A DNA stretch of 64,000 bases from Euprymna scolopes (Eukaryota), in NCBI GenBank assembly GCA_053919585.1, contig CM132784.1; one strand, given 5' to 3'. The notes below the pieces were generated by a model. The model was not told the origin of the DNA. It ran no database searches and saw nothing but the letters and a program-made list of their open reading frames with translations. Positions within the stretch are counted from its first letter, which is position 1. Each line of letters opens with the position of its first letter. Below are positions 51,746 through 64,000 of this stretch, one piece after another. The position numbers were made by a program, and so were the translations under genes.

Positions 51746-53009
51746 ATGTATCTATATGTAACTTTGTGTATATTGGAATGCAGTTGTAGAAAATTTTCCC
51801 AGTTAAATATTATTAAATAGCTGTTATGTTTATTAATAATGTTATGGATTTTACTTATATTAAAAGTTTTTCAGTAAGGTATTATCATTACTTTATTATC
51901 TTTGTTTCAGCATATTTAGCATTGAACTATTACCGTAAGGATCATAAAATAAAGATAAAACGTTCCACCAATTATCTCAGAATTGGTTTCAAAATTAGCT
52001 CATACATATTAGTATATTCTAAACCTTATGTCAATCCTCCTTTCTAAGGGAAATATAGAAACGTATAAAATTAATAATTAGCACCTCATGGGCAGTACCT
52101 ATAACTTGAGTTGACGGAACAAATACGATTTAAACTGACAAAGAGATTCGAGATGAAACTAGGAACAATCTGGAAAAAACGAATTATTTCATTTACGTAT
52201 TTGGCCCATCTTTTTTTTTCTTTTTCTTTTTATTTTTATTCTTATTTATTATATCTTATATTTATATTCTTCTTGTTTCCCCTCTTCCCTTCCCGAACTA
52301 AGTCTCTATATCTAGTACACGACCTGACCTCAATTAAGCATCCGGTCAAACTTTATGATTCTTTGAATTCTATTTGAAGAGATATCTATTTATATANNNN
52401 NNNNNNNNNNNNNNNNNNNNNNNNNNNNNNNNNNNNNNNNNNNNNNNNNNNNNNNNNNNNNNNNNNNNNNNNNNNNNNNNNNNNNNNNNNNNNNNNNNNN
52501 NNNNNNNNNNNNNNNNNNNNNNNNNNNNNNNNNNNNNNNNNNNNNNNNNNNNNNNNNNNNNNNNNNNNNNGTATATAGGGATGAATATGCACATATGTTT
52601 CACCCCACTTCTTACCACTCACCACTACCTACTCTCCCTAATATTAACACTTCACCCCACTAAAAATAATATAGACTTCTAATGAAAAGGTTTCCACCAG
52701 ACTTTGAATCATTATCGCTGGACCCACAAACAAATTTATACAAGCACTTGCCCAATTCGGATATCTACACAGCTATGCGGATAACCCAATATATAACTTG
52801 GACATTATTACCAAACGGATGTAAAGAACGTATAACATGGATTTTACCAAGCAAGCTGGATCTAAAAAAAAACACATTCATATCCCTTTTCTACAAATCC
52901 TCCTGCTACAGGACTCCTGATAAATGTATTATTTTCACTTTGACTTTCCATGTCTCACTGACTTTAGCAAATACGGAGCATACCTTTATAAGTATCTGCT
53001 AATATTTTC

Positions 53010-53057
53010 TCTCCTCTGATGAGATGGTAGACATCGAAGCCCTATAGGTTAAGGAGA
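53010..53057 (+). ncRNA. Minimal type I hammerhead ribozyme relic, probably within a Penelope-like element end (~52571-53140)
   Basis: Stem I tctcct/aggaga; CTGATGA; stem II gatg-gtaga-catc; GAAG (GAAA expected); palindromic CCTATAGG stem III. Confidence 0.6.
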
Positions 53058-54935
53058 TTAATTTTCTAAAGCATTCTTTGTGTTGCTTAGAATAATAAAA
53101 ATTCTTTGATATAAAACTCAACCACTTCATTTCATTTCAATGAGGGTTTTTTTTTAATTCATTGAATTACAATTTATTATTATATTTATGTGTATATATA
53201 TATATATATATAATTTTTCTTTACGTATGTAATTAATGTTTATTAGCATACCTATGAATTGTCTGAATGTGTGTGTGTGTGTGTGTTTCGGATCTATTGA
53301 CTGGTGTTAATCTTGACACTCGGAAGGATAAAACACTAGTCTCTCTAAGTATTTCATAATTGTTATAGTAAATAATTATGCCATCCCCTATAAGAAACTC
53401 CTTGCTTATAGTTGAGCACTTTCAGTAGAATTAAGTCACTCAATTTATCTCCTCTGCGCAGATCACCATGTATTGATTAGAGCACTCTGACAAATGTTAA
53501 AAATAATTTAACAAAAATATGTTTAAAATTAAACAGCATTTCTCGAAGTTAATGTTAGCCGAATGGATTAGGTGGTTGCTAATTAAATCAGGGACGGTTT
53601 CTGTCGCCGGGTCTGGACCTATCGACAGTTTTTAATCATGACACCCTGCACCGATGATTCTCAAAAGGATGAAACACTAGATTAGAGCTCAAGTGTATTT
53701 CCTGCCAGATATTACATTGAGGTAATACATTCAGGATGATCTTAGCCAAAAAGGTAAAATTAAAAAAAATATTTTAAAAATATTTAAAAAATAGAGCACT
53801 ATATAAGTTTAATTATAAAAGTTAAATTCTGTAAATCAAAATATATACACATATATTTAAGTTGAGAATTTATTGTTTGAAAGTATTGTAAAATATGTTT
53901 ATGAATATAGTTAAACGTCATAGTTGACTAAACATGGCCAAATCATAAAGAAACCGAAAAAAATAATTAAAATGAATGTTTATAAGAATATGCAAATTAG
54001 CTAGAACATTTGCCGATAAATGCAATTCAACGATCTATGTATAACAAAATTGTGTTTTCTTTTTAAATAAATAGAAAAGAAAATGTATTTAATATGAATA
54101 TCAATACATAAAATAAACATTTTTTTTTGGATTATAGATAGATCTGTTCATATATATTTTTATAATAATTATTAGTTGAGACCTATATACACAAGTGTTT
54201 ATTGCTTACATAAACATCAGTGTAGTTTAACAATTCCTGCCGATAACTGGTTTTCAAAATTTCTCAGAATATGTAAGGAAGGTTAGAGATAGTTTCTTCT
54301 GATGGGTTATTGATTACCATAGCAACTTGTTCACCATTGACTTTGTACAGAAACAATTTCATCTGATCGGCTGCTTGTTACCGTAACAACTTTTACAACA
54401 TGGACGTTTTCAATGTTTTTTTTCACAAACACACGGTTGTTATAGAATATTGATATAAATGAGTTACAATTTCTATAGTGTACGTATTATTTTATTTTAT
54501 ATCGTAATAAATATTATTTTTGCATATACGAAAAAATTATAAATAAATATAAAGAAAAGCGATGGCTTCATGATTTTTATTGTGTTAATTCACAGCAATA
54601 ATACAGATGGGTTTGTTTATTTTCTTCTCTAATTATAACACTGAAGCCAGAGAGGGATTTCGAGCATCGTGTCTCATAGTGTCTGTATCTAGCAGGAGAA
54701 AAAGAAAGGGTAACCAGTTTTTATTAAAGTTTTAATACGTCGTCGGCACCTGCCTAAATCATAACGTGAATGTCGCTCGCATGCCATATTTCACTACAAT
54801 GTCACCAGTTACTTATGTTTCTCTCTTGTTATCTACATTCTTTTTGTTTGTTTATTTAATTACGTCTTTCATATTACTGTTTTGTTACAAGCGGAATTGC
54901 TTTTAATAATGACAAATGACGGCAATATTGTGATC

Positions 54936-55007
<72 letters not shown>

Positions 55008-55181
55008 GTTTTGTCTACACGGCCGTTTTTTGGCCATCTGTAGCGTCCTCAGAGTTTTACAGAAATGTTCGCTTTTTTGGGATGAAAGCGAAATAGCGAA
55101 CATTTCTGTAAAAGTCTGAGGACGCTACAGACGGCCAAAAAATGGCCGTGTAGCCGAAACAATAATGTAACTTAACAGAAA
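55008..55181 (+). ncRNA. 66-bp inverted repeat whose right arm forms a hammerhead-like ribozyme
   Basis: Arms 55008-55073 / 55095-55160; CTGAGGA 55116-55122, stem II gctaca..tgtagc, GAAA 55156-55159, GTA site 55167-55169, stem I tttctgt-aaagt/actt-aacagaaa. Confidence 0.6.
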
Positions 55182-55262
55182 GATACGGTAATAAAAATAA
55201 AATGCATATTTGCTCTACAGCAGTATTGAGCACTGTCTTCAGTTTTTATTAATTACCATCTC

Positions 55263-55348
<86 letters not shown>

Positions 55349-56058
55349 GATCACAGCCGTTCATTACTTTTGTTATGTTTATGGGGGCAAAAGAACGAGA
55401 CTGAAATTCTTTATTCAAAAAATATCAATTAAACAGATGAGTATCCTCTAATATTTTTTATTCATAATGGTTTTTAATCAAATAAAAAAATCTCAAGCAA
55501 TTTATTGATAATTTCAATATTTGAACTTATTCTCGCCATATGGTTAAATATAATTTACTTCCTGCTATCTGTTTATTTCTGAATTGATTATGTAAAATTC
55601 AAACAGATAACTGTTGTTTACATAATTATTCAAATAAAAATACTTGTAGGATTAAATTGTTATAATTCACTGCTTGACTTAAGAAAAGGGATTTATCAAC
55701 ACTAGTTTTTTTTTGTTCCATATATTTGTTTGAAGATTCAACTTGTTTATTATTTTTACATATTTATTTAAATCTTTGAACAGTATTTGCTGCTTCTTGA
55801 ATTTAATTTTACCTTAAAATCATTAGTTATTGGGATCTATAGGATAATTGATTGGACTTCAAAGAAAATCTTAAATTTATTACTTTGAAAAATATTTAAC
55901 AAAAAATATTTGAAAAAATATATTTTCTCATAATATTAAAAAAAGAAGTTATTTCATATGAAATTACTAAGTATTCATTACGCCAATCGAATGAATAAAA
56001 ACGATGATTTTGAACACAAAAAAGAAAATATCATTACAAAGCCAACCTTGGAAAAATC

Positions 56059-56417
56059 ATAGATTACATAGATAAATGCGAGCATGGAAACTAATATGTA
56101 AAGATTAAACTTAGAAAAGATTTTAAAATAGTTATTAAACTGAAAAAAGACAATATATTCTACGAAAAAATTAATACAATTATAACTTAAAATATTGCAA
56201 AATTAATACAATTATAACTTAAAATATTGCAACATTAAGAACTAATTTAACTTCAATTTAACATTTTATAATTAATTCTTAAGTCATGAATGTGTTATAT
56301 ATTTACTAAAATATATTGTATTTTTCTTTTCCAGTTTTTGCAATTAGTCCTTTTACTTTTCTAAGTTTAATCTCAACCATATTACTTTTTCTGCTCGCAT
56401 TTATCTATGTAATATAT
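56059..56417. mobile_element. MITE-like element with ~100-bp imperfect TIRs and an internal ~31-bp tandem duplication
   Basis: attacatagataaatgcgagca..agattaaacttagaaaag / cttttctaagtttaatct..tgctcgcatttatctatgtaat. Confidence 0.75.
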
Positions 56418-57494
56418 ATATATATATGTGTGTGTGTGTGTTTGTGTGTTTGTGTGTGTATGTGTGTGTGAGTGTATGTGAGCAGACGAGTATGCGTGTC
56501 TGAGTCAAGTAACCACATAAGGTTGCGTGCCGGCACTGTTTTCTGATCCTGCATTCTAGGCTTTTATGTGTGACACAAACTAAATTCCTATTTTACCGAA
56601 CGAGCCCCTCGGGATATATTCTGACTACTTTTTTCACGATCCGAAAGTAATCGATTAATTTATTTTGTCAAATGTGTTTATTAGTATGGAGAAATTTTGC
56701 CGTCCACGAATTTGCAACAATATGCAACGATCAGTAGTCACTGGCTATTAGCCAAGAAATGTCGTCATTCTTTCTTGGCCCAGGGCCAAAACATGGCGAA
56801 GAAACTATACAGATAATACAGGCCGGTTATATGAAATTTTATAATTATATTTTGGAAAAGCCTACCAGTTTATTCATGATAGCAACAGGCAAAATGCTTA
56901 TTAGAATTGACGAGATAATTTAATTGTTTTGACTTTTTTAGAAGGGCATAAATGTTTACGATTGCGTGTATTGTTATTCGTATCGCTGTTTGTTTAAGGG
57001 GATCAGAATACTTATACTACATGACATATTAAAATAAAAATGAAAAACAGTCAGCAAATTCGAAAAAAATAATTATTTTATAATTAGTTATATTTTTTCG
57101 AAATTTCTCCGTCTGTGAATCTCTCTCTCTCTCTCTCCCTCCCTCTCTCTCTATATATATATGTACTGTGTGCATGTGTGTATGTGCGTACTTATATGTT
57201 TATATATTTAAGACTGACGTGACACCTTCTCATTGGCTATACCTCATTCTCCTCCTCCTTCTTCTCCTCCTCCTGCTCTACCTTCCTTCCCTTTCCATTC
57301 CCCTTTTCCCCGTGCATCCTCATACTTTCACTACACCGATGAAGACTGAAGGATCGGTCGAAAATTATGTACTTATGAAAAAAGTTTTTTAATTTTTTTT
57401 TTCATAATATTATTATTTTGTATTCCTGCCCGTCACCAATTAAAAACGAATAAAGAAAAGTTTTAAGCTTTTATACTTTTCGCATTCTTTTTTA

Positions 57495-57572
<78 letters not shown>

Positions 57573-57575
<3 letters not shown>

Positions 57576-58363
57576 TGGAACGATAAAATTTTATCCATAG
57601 AAAAAATGGCATTCTTCTATTTACGTTTGATGAAAATCAGTTTTCGTTTTTAATTGCAACCATCTACTATTTGGCTAGTGTGTGAAGATTCCAAAAGCGA
57701 TATAAACCTTCAAACATGTATAAAAGTGGCACAATGTTTAACAAGCGATATCAGAGAGGTGCCTCTGTACTGAACGAAGTTAAGAAAACAGGACCATCGC
57801 CAGTATCCTAAAAATGCATTGCTGGATTGCCACAAATAACCGGAACGTGACCAGTCTGATAAAAAATCATTTTTCGGTTAGGGTTATGGCATTGGATGTT
57901 GTTTAATGGATGCCACATCATGCTACTTCAAAATATACCTTGATGGGCTTAAGAGTGTGGTGATCCCCTGGTGCAATCATGTGGCTGCTGTCAGCCTCTG
58001 GGTGTAGAACCAGGACTCGGAGCCGGCCCACAGGTTGACAGAGACTCAGGCTTGGCTTCAGAAGGAGTGCTACGTTGTTTGCTCATACGTCGAGTATATA
58101 ACTAATATGGGATCTCAAATCATGAAATGTAGTCTGACCGCCGTCATCCGTCGAGTATAGGCAGAGCTCTCGCCGGCGTTTGTGGAAAAGTCATGCCCCC
58201 AGTTTCGGGCGCGCATCTCGGCGGTGAATGAAGCTGACCATGCCTACATTAATTCGACGACAGCTCTACAACATAATCAATTAACCTCAATTAATTTTTT
58301 CAGTAAAAGTTTTAATATAAGGCTGTAGTATGTTTTATTTAGAACCACAACTTTATCGTTTCA

Positions 58364-58366
<3 letters not shown>
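57573..58366 (+). mobile_element. Deleted Tc1/mariner (maT-like) element inside (TA)n
   Basis: TIRs gtggaacgataaa / tttatcgtttcac; QDSEPAHRLTETQAWL; related to 32322-33215. Confidence 0.78.
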
Positions 58367-58399
<33 letters not shown>

Positions 58400-58405
<6 letters not shown>

Positions 58406-59060
58406 TATAATTGTCTGTCTGTCTGTGTCTGTGTGTACATTTCCCTACGAAACTACTCTGTCAATCTTCAGTCTAATTAGGTATTTTCCGCCACAAATTG
58501 GGATGTCAAGGTGTCAAAGTTCAACGATTTGACTTTTGACATCTCTACCCCCCCCGGCCGATTTTAGATCTAAACACTTGAAATTTGAGATGTACGTTAC
58601 TTAAACATCGGTACAAACTTTTTAATTTAGTTTGACTCTAAAAGAATAAATGTTTATACGTAAAAATTGTGGTCATTTTTTTTAAATTTAACATCTCTGA
58701 CCTCTCTTAAATTGCTCAGCTAATTTTTAGTGTACACATTTGAAATTTTAAATAAAGTGTATTCAGACATAGGGCAAGATTTTCAATAGGATTTTCCAAA
58801 GATTTGGTTGATAAGGCGTAAAAGTTGAAGAGATATTACCTTTGCAGTCTCTCGCAAACTATTCAGCAAATCTTGGGTCTAAACATTTAAAATTTCACAT
58901 AAAAGGGTAGTCAATCATGCCGCAAGCTTCTAAATCAATTTTGGTGGGGGAGAATTTGGTTGCCAATAGGTGAAAATTGAGAGAATTGATCTCTGCAGAC
59001 TCTGCCAAACTCCTCCGCCAATTTTGGGTCTACACACTTGATATCATAGATGTAGATTAC
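58400..59060 (+). mobile_element. Helitron-like (Lep1-type 5' end) relic with a diverged ~150-bp internal tandem repeat
   Basis: (TCTG)n after (TA)n; motif ta(a/c)aca(c/t)tt(g/a)a recurring at 58571, 58733, 58880, 59031. Confidence 0.55.
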
Positions 59061-59076
59061 CTGGACGTGAGTCAAA

Positions 59077-59077
<1 letters not shown>

Positions 59078-59163
<86 letters not shown>
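59078..59163. repeat. (TTA)n microsatellite
   Basis: Direct reading. Confidence 0.97.
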
Positions 59164-59164
<1 letters not shown>

Positions 59165-59226
59165 TAAATTGTCAGTATTTACTTCAACAGTGCTCGATAC
59201 ATACGTAGAGCTTGGTAGACAGTTAG

Positions 59227-59260
<34 letters not shown>

Positions 59261-59272
59261 ATTAAGCTGCAC

Positions 59273-59353
59273 AGAGTATTCCGTGTTTCATTCTCGTGAG
59301 AATTCTGTCATAAAACTTAGGAATTCTCACGAGAATGAAACGCGGAATATTCT
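59273..59353 (+). repeat. 33-bp near-perfect hairpin with 15-nt loop (MITE-like or pre-miRNA-like)
   Basis: agagtattccgtgtttcattctcgtgagaattc / gaattctcacgagaatgaaacgcggaatattct. Confidence 0.85.
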
Positions 59354-59386
59354 TTAGCTTTATTGCCGTATACATTCTTATAACAT

Positions 59387-59477
<91 letters not shown>

Positions 59478-59612
59478 ACATACAGTATTGTTTCGCGGTT
59501 TCACAGCCCATCAGTGCGGCTGGACAGGCAACTACCTCAAGCCAGGATATTGAAACTCGATCGTTTGTACGACAGTCAAGGCTCCTAACCACTACGCTAT
59601 TGGCGTCTGCTG
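59478..59612 (-). mobile_element. tRNA-derived SINE, with a partial second copy at 59765-59832
   Basis: Minus strand A-box TAGCGTAGTGG, anticodon-arm-like ttgactgtc, decayed B-box; body duplicated downstream. Confidence 0.65.
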
Positions 59613-60689
59613 CGTGAGTCATGAGTTTAACGATGTTTTGGCATCGTCCGAACTACCTCTGCTCGATTTGTATACACAAAAAGCATCGCTTATAAGCTAA
59701 TGGTAATTCGTGTATCACTTCTCAATATGCTCAACTCATGATAAGGAGCATTATAGTCATCTACATACAGTACTGTTTCGCTGTTTCACAGCTCATCAAT
59801 GCGGCTAGACAGGCAACTACCTCAAGCCAGGAGTATGCCCTTGTAGAATCTGCCTGGTTGTTTGTTCACAAAATCCACCTTCAATACTTTATACCTTCAT
59901 ATGTATGAGTTCGTTTTTTATCATAATATATATGTGTGCCTGGAATTTAAATCGTATATCTTTATAATAGGAATACATCGGGGACGTTTAATGCAACTTA
60001 TTCAATATTACCAAATCTCATTCCAACCGTTCCCATACAGTTCTTTACTTAAATGATTTATGAAACAATAAAATTTCAAACAGCGATCAGTTTGTATAAG
60101 CAAACACTATGAAGTGTACGTGTGCTATTCTTTTTTGTGGTCGAATTCCTTATAATATTGTTACATGAAATTTTATGAAAATGTAAATGTCATAATAAGA
60201 TCTTTTTTGAAATACAACATTAGAAATAAGGAAGATACTGTATAAAGACGCCTAATAACTTCTCGAACTTGGATCAGTTAAATGTTGGGATTCATTTCCC
60301 AAAGACGTTCGTTTAAAACTCACCTTGATCCGTGAGATGTACGATGTAAATATATCGACGATGTTACAACGAATAAATATTTAATAAAAGAAGTACTTCT
60401 ATTTCTTTTTTTTTTAACCTAAATCAATATATTGCTGTTTTAGTTTAGATATTTTCCTTGATTTATTTATACTAATATTATATAAAATAATGAGCTAACC
60501 AAATCTTCTTTCTCAATATTACTCTTTATAGTTAAAATATTTTTTTATATTAATTAATGCGTTATCAGAGATAAACGACATCGGGGATAATTGTCTAATA
60601 TATAGCTTGGCATTAAAATTATGAACATGAATATCTTTCTCTCTCACTCTCTTTCTCTCTACATAACCATCTATTTTTATCTCTCTACA

Positions 60690-60720
<31 letters not shown>

Positions 60721-60751
60721 ATATATATATATATATATATATATGCCTACA

Positions 60752-61430
60752 TCTATACAAAATGCACTTTGAATGTGTGTCTGTGTTTACATGTGTCTTT
60801 ATCTGTTTGTTCGTAAGTTGATCGTCTATGGATTCTGAAACAGTTAATCGGATGTTTTTGAAATTTCATACAAATATACATTATGTGTCTGAGAGTATTT
60901 TTGAATGTATATTGTTTCCTAATATTTCCGATAATATTAAGAAATCGATAATAAAAGTAATCCGATTAAAGAATGATCAATCCGATATTGATCAAAGTTA
61001 ATACACTTGTATATAGCCTTATACAACAAGTGCGAATGAGACTTTTTATCGGACACGCAGAAAAGCCTTGTGTATAAAATCGATAGTAGGGTTTTTGATA
61101 AGATGAGGGCTTGACCGAAATGAATATTTCTGTTTAGAGCACAACTGAAATATCATACTTTATTTATACTTTTTTTATAATTCCAATTCAGACAATTATA
61201 TAAAAATAGTTTTATAAAATAAACATTATGTTATTGATCGTTACATTTAGACTTAGATACGTTTTTCAATTATACAGAATCATCTGAAACTTCCGCTGCG
61301 TGTCCCTCACAATGGCAAGCAACAAATCAATTTGATTAAAACAACGGAACAATTGTATGAATTCGTATAAGAATAAATGTATTTAAAGTGTAGAATATTC
61401 TTTAATCGTATATTCAACCAAAGAAATATC
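60752..61430 (+). mobile_element. Helitron-like relic (Lep1-type 5' end)
   Basis: A^TCTATACAAAATG..tgtgtgtctgt..atcggatgtttttgaaattt; 3' end not identified. Confidence 0.4.
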
Positions 61431-61491
<61 letters not shown>

Positions 61492-61664
61492 ATATATATT
61501 AAATTAAATTAAATTTTGAAGTGCTTCTGTATTACGGATTGTAAAATGATGTCTATCTAAAGTTCATATAAATATTAGTATCACTATGTATAAAATGAGA
61601 TAATCCCAACTAGATAAAATTAGATCAATATACAGTATAGAACAATAATAAAAATTACAATTTT

Positions 61665-62780
61665 AATGGAAGGTCCTTAAATATTTTCTAGACCTTTCCT
61701 ATAGCCACTTTTATTAATAGTACACACATAAAACTAAGTAGTCTCTACCGACTGCAATGCAGTTGTGCCGTTTAAACAACTTCTGGAAAGATCCGTAGAA
61801 GTCTATTTGTATTAGTGCATCAATGACCCCTGTCTCAGTTTTCTAATTTGTGCAATTGTCTCATAACGGCAGCTGCTAATAGTTTTCCTTGAGATTAGGG
61901 AAAAAAGATAAAATATAGGAAGTAAGGTTTGAACTATTGGGAGGATAAGGGACTGTCTTGATGTCCATCTAGAACGATTAATTTGTTACAAGGATGGAGA
62001 TTTCGACTGCTGCATTGTTCTGGTGGCAATGGCAATGATCCAATCTTGAGAGTGCTGGCCTCTCCCGACGTAATCTCTTCCTGAGCGCCCCTAAACTTTA
62101 AACATAGCATTCCTTATTGACTGTACATCTAGTGGAAACCCCGTGCATGTATGCCTGTGTTATCATCATAAGTCTCTGGTTGGGTTTGCTTTGTCTAGTT
62201 TTCTTCGGTCTGGTAGAGCCAGCATGCTTCCGTTGGGAAAAATGTTTCTTGGTTTCTGGGTAATAACAGTAGATCCAGTTTTCAGAACATGTCAGCAGAG
62301 GATCTAGAATTCGAGATATTAATTGATCAGCTCGACAAACACCCTGCTATCATGACAACGTTTTTCTTCCTAATCTACTCGGAGCACCCTTGGGACAAAC
62401 TTCGCTCAAATTTTCCGCATTTTCAGTTCCTCACGAAGAATTGTATGCACAGTAACTCCACTGACATCAAACTGAGCACTTATGGTCTCTATAGATATAC
62501 AACGGTTCTTATCCATGACATTCGGTATTTGGCCAATCAGCGCTGTTGTTCTGACTTCCTTACTCATCTCACACCTCTCATTCTTCAATCTGTTATGCCA
62601 CTAAAAACCTGATGGTCTATATACGAAAGTCGGTCGAAAAGCAGTCTTAATCATCCTCTACGTTGCTGTAACATTTTCGTTCAAGTTTATAGCAGAATAA
62701 CATTGCATATCACTCTTCTAAATTGTCTTCACACCTATCCTATGTTGCATTTTTTAATTCATCAGTTGTGGCAATCATTT
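61665..62780 (-). mobile_element. Decayed mariner transposon
   Basis: MRKI*AKFVPRVL, WIYCYYPETK..SQ.KHAGSTRPKK, HQNNA, PYPPNSSNL motifs on the minus strand. Confidence 0.85.
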
Positions 62781-62799
62781 AACCCACCCCTACACAGTA

Positions 62800-62975
62800 G
62801 AGATCCCTAGAGTATTTTAGTCTAATAGTTTCTTCCGCAGAAATGCTAGACTTTGGAACTAGCTTTCGGGTTCCTGCTTTCCCAACTGTACTGACATGCA
62901 GAAGATCAAGTAGCTCACCTACATCAAATTGGCACTGTGCTTTGTTTGGGGTGAAATTGCAATAAAAAAGTAAGA
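62800..62975 (+). mobile_element. CR1/Zenon-like LINE 3' end
   Basis: SNSFFRRNARLWN..CFP; 3' UTR tttgtttggggtgaaattgcaataaaaaa shared with 20565-20783. Confidence 0.75.
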
Positions 62976-63057
62976 TTTTTGTAGGGTGCATTCCAATCCC
63001 TGCTATAACTGTTAATTTGAACCTGACTTCATGAAAATTAGACAGTCATCTCATCTG

Positions 63058-63265
63058 ATGTTGAATTCACCTATTCGTAACAACCATCATTGTCGTCGTC
63101 ATGAACGTTGAGGATTTGTGCCATTATGAACGCGTTTTCATTTTAAAAGCTGTACTACCGGCGAAGCGAACGACTCTCTATTCTATATTCTGTGTATTTG
63201 GGATTGTTTTACTCTTTTATTCATGTTGAATTCACGTATTCGTAACAACCATGATCGTCGTCATC
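63058..63265. repeat. ~45-bp direct repeat, ~165 bp apart
   Basis: atgttgaattcac.tattcgtaacaaccat..gtcgtcat twice. Confidence 0.8.
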
Positions 63266-64000
63266 AAAAATGCTCCTTCATATATATTCTACATGTACGT
63301 GTATGCGTACGTGTGTGTGCATGTGTATGTTCATGCATGTATGTATGAATGTATGTGTGTATGTGCATGTTGTCATGTGTGGTTGTTCTTGCGTATGTAT
63401 GTTTGCGTGCATTTTCTTGTATGCATGCGTGTATGTGTACGTGTATATCTTTATTTCGATATGTGTGTGGGGTGGAGAGAATTCCGAAAAGTCCTGTTAA
63501 GGCAACCCCTATGGGTGAAACAAATTTCTGATTAATAAAAAAAAAAACATAAAGCGGGAGAGCAGTACTCGCATTAAGCTGGTCTGCAGTTTTATTTGTT
63601 GCTGCCTATCTTGCTCATGCTTGTTGCTGGATCTCAACATTTTGAACCGAGAGAGAGAGAGAGACTTAGCTGCCGTACAAAGCTAAAACTCTGTAACATC
63701 ATCTTTGCATAGATATTTCCTCAGGCATTTGTCTATAAACTTGTCCGTGGCGATGGAAAAAGTGTCACGTGTGTAGCCCTGAAAATGCTGGAAGCATGTA
63801 ATAATTGATCTGCCATCATTCTATATATGCATATGTGTGTATGTATGTATGTATGTATGTATGTATGTATGTGTGTATGTATGTATGTTAATATATGTAC
63901 TAGTGTATGTATGTGTATGCATACCTATTTGTATATGTATGTATATGTGTATGTGTGTATATATATTTATTGATTGATTTATTTATTTTTGTGTATATAT

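Noticed and set aside
160-52570. N-runs as hard-masked exons
   Set aside because: Flanks lack consistent AG/GT or AC/CT boundaries, and several abut microsatellites; assembly gaps are more likely

Overview
AT-rich animal (eukaryotic) genomic DNA from a gappy assembly with nine N-runs of 140-213 nt. The SINE and R4/Dong-type repeats recall cephalopod (octopus) genomes, but that is recognition from memory and not verified. No intact host protein-coding gene is supportable, and most listed ORFs are microsatellite or gap artefacts. The window is a transposon graveyard. It holds a decayed near-full-length RTE LINE, CR1/Zenon-like fragments, a Gypsy gag-pro-RT relic, six Tc1/mariner relics, tRNA- and 5S-derived SINEs, several non-autonomous Helitrons, MITE-like palindromes and Penelope-type minimal hammerhead ribozyme relics. 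The most striking object is a complete non-autonomous Helitron (11552-14878, A^TC...CTAG^T) inserted precisely into the endonuclease motif of an R4/Dong-like retrotransposon. It carries a ~2.8-kb array of a ~290-bp monomer made almost entirely of hairpins. These show UUCG/UNCG/GNRA tetraloops, + strand-biased G-U pairs, compensatory changes between copies and a predicted loop-loop (kissing) interaction, so the monomer is a candidate undescribed structured RNA/ssDNA module. Coordinates were counted by hand and ends of decayed elements are approximate.
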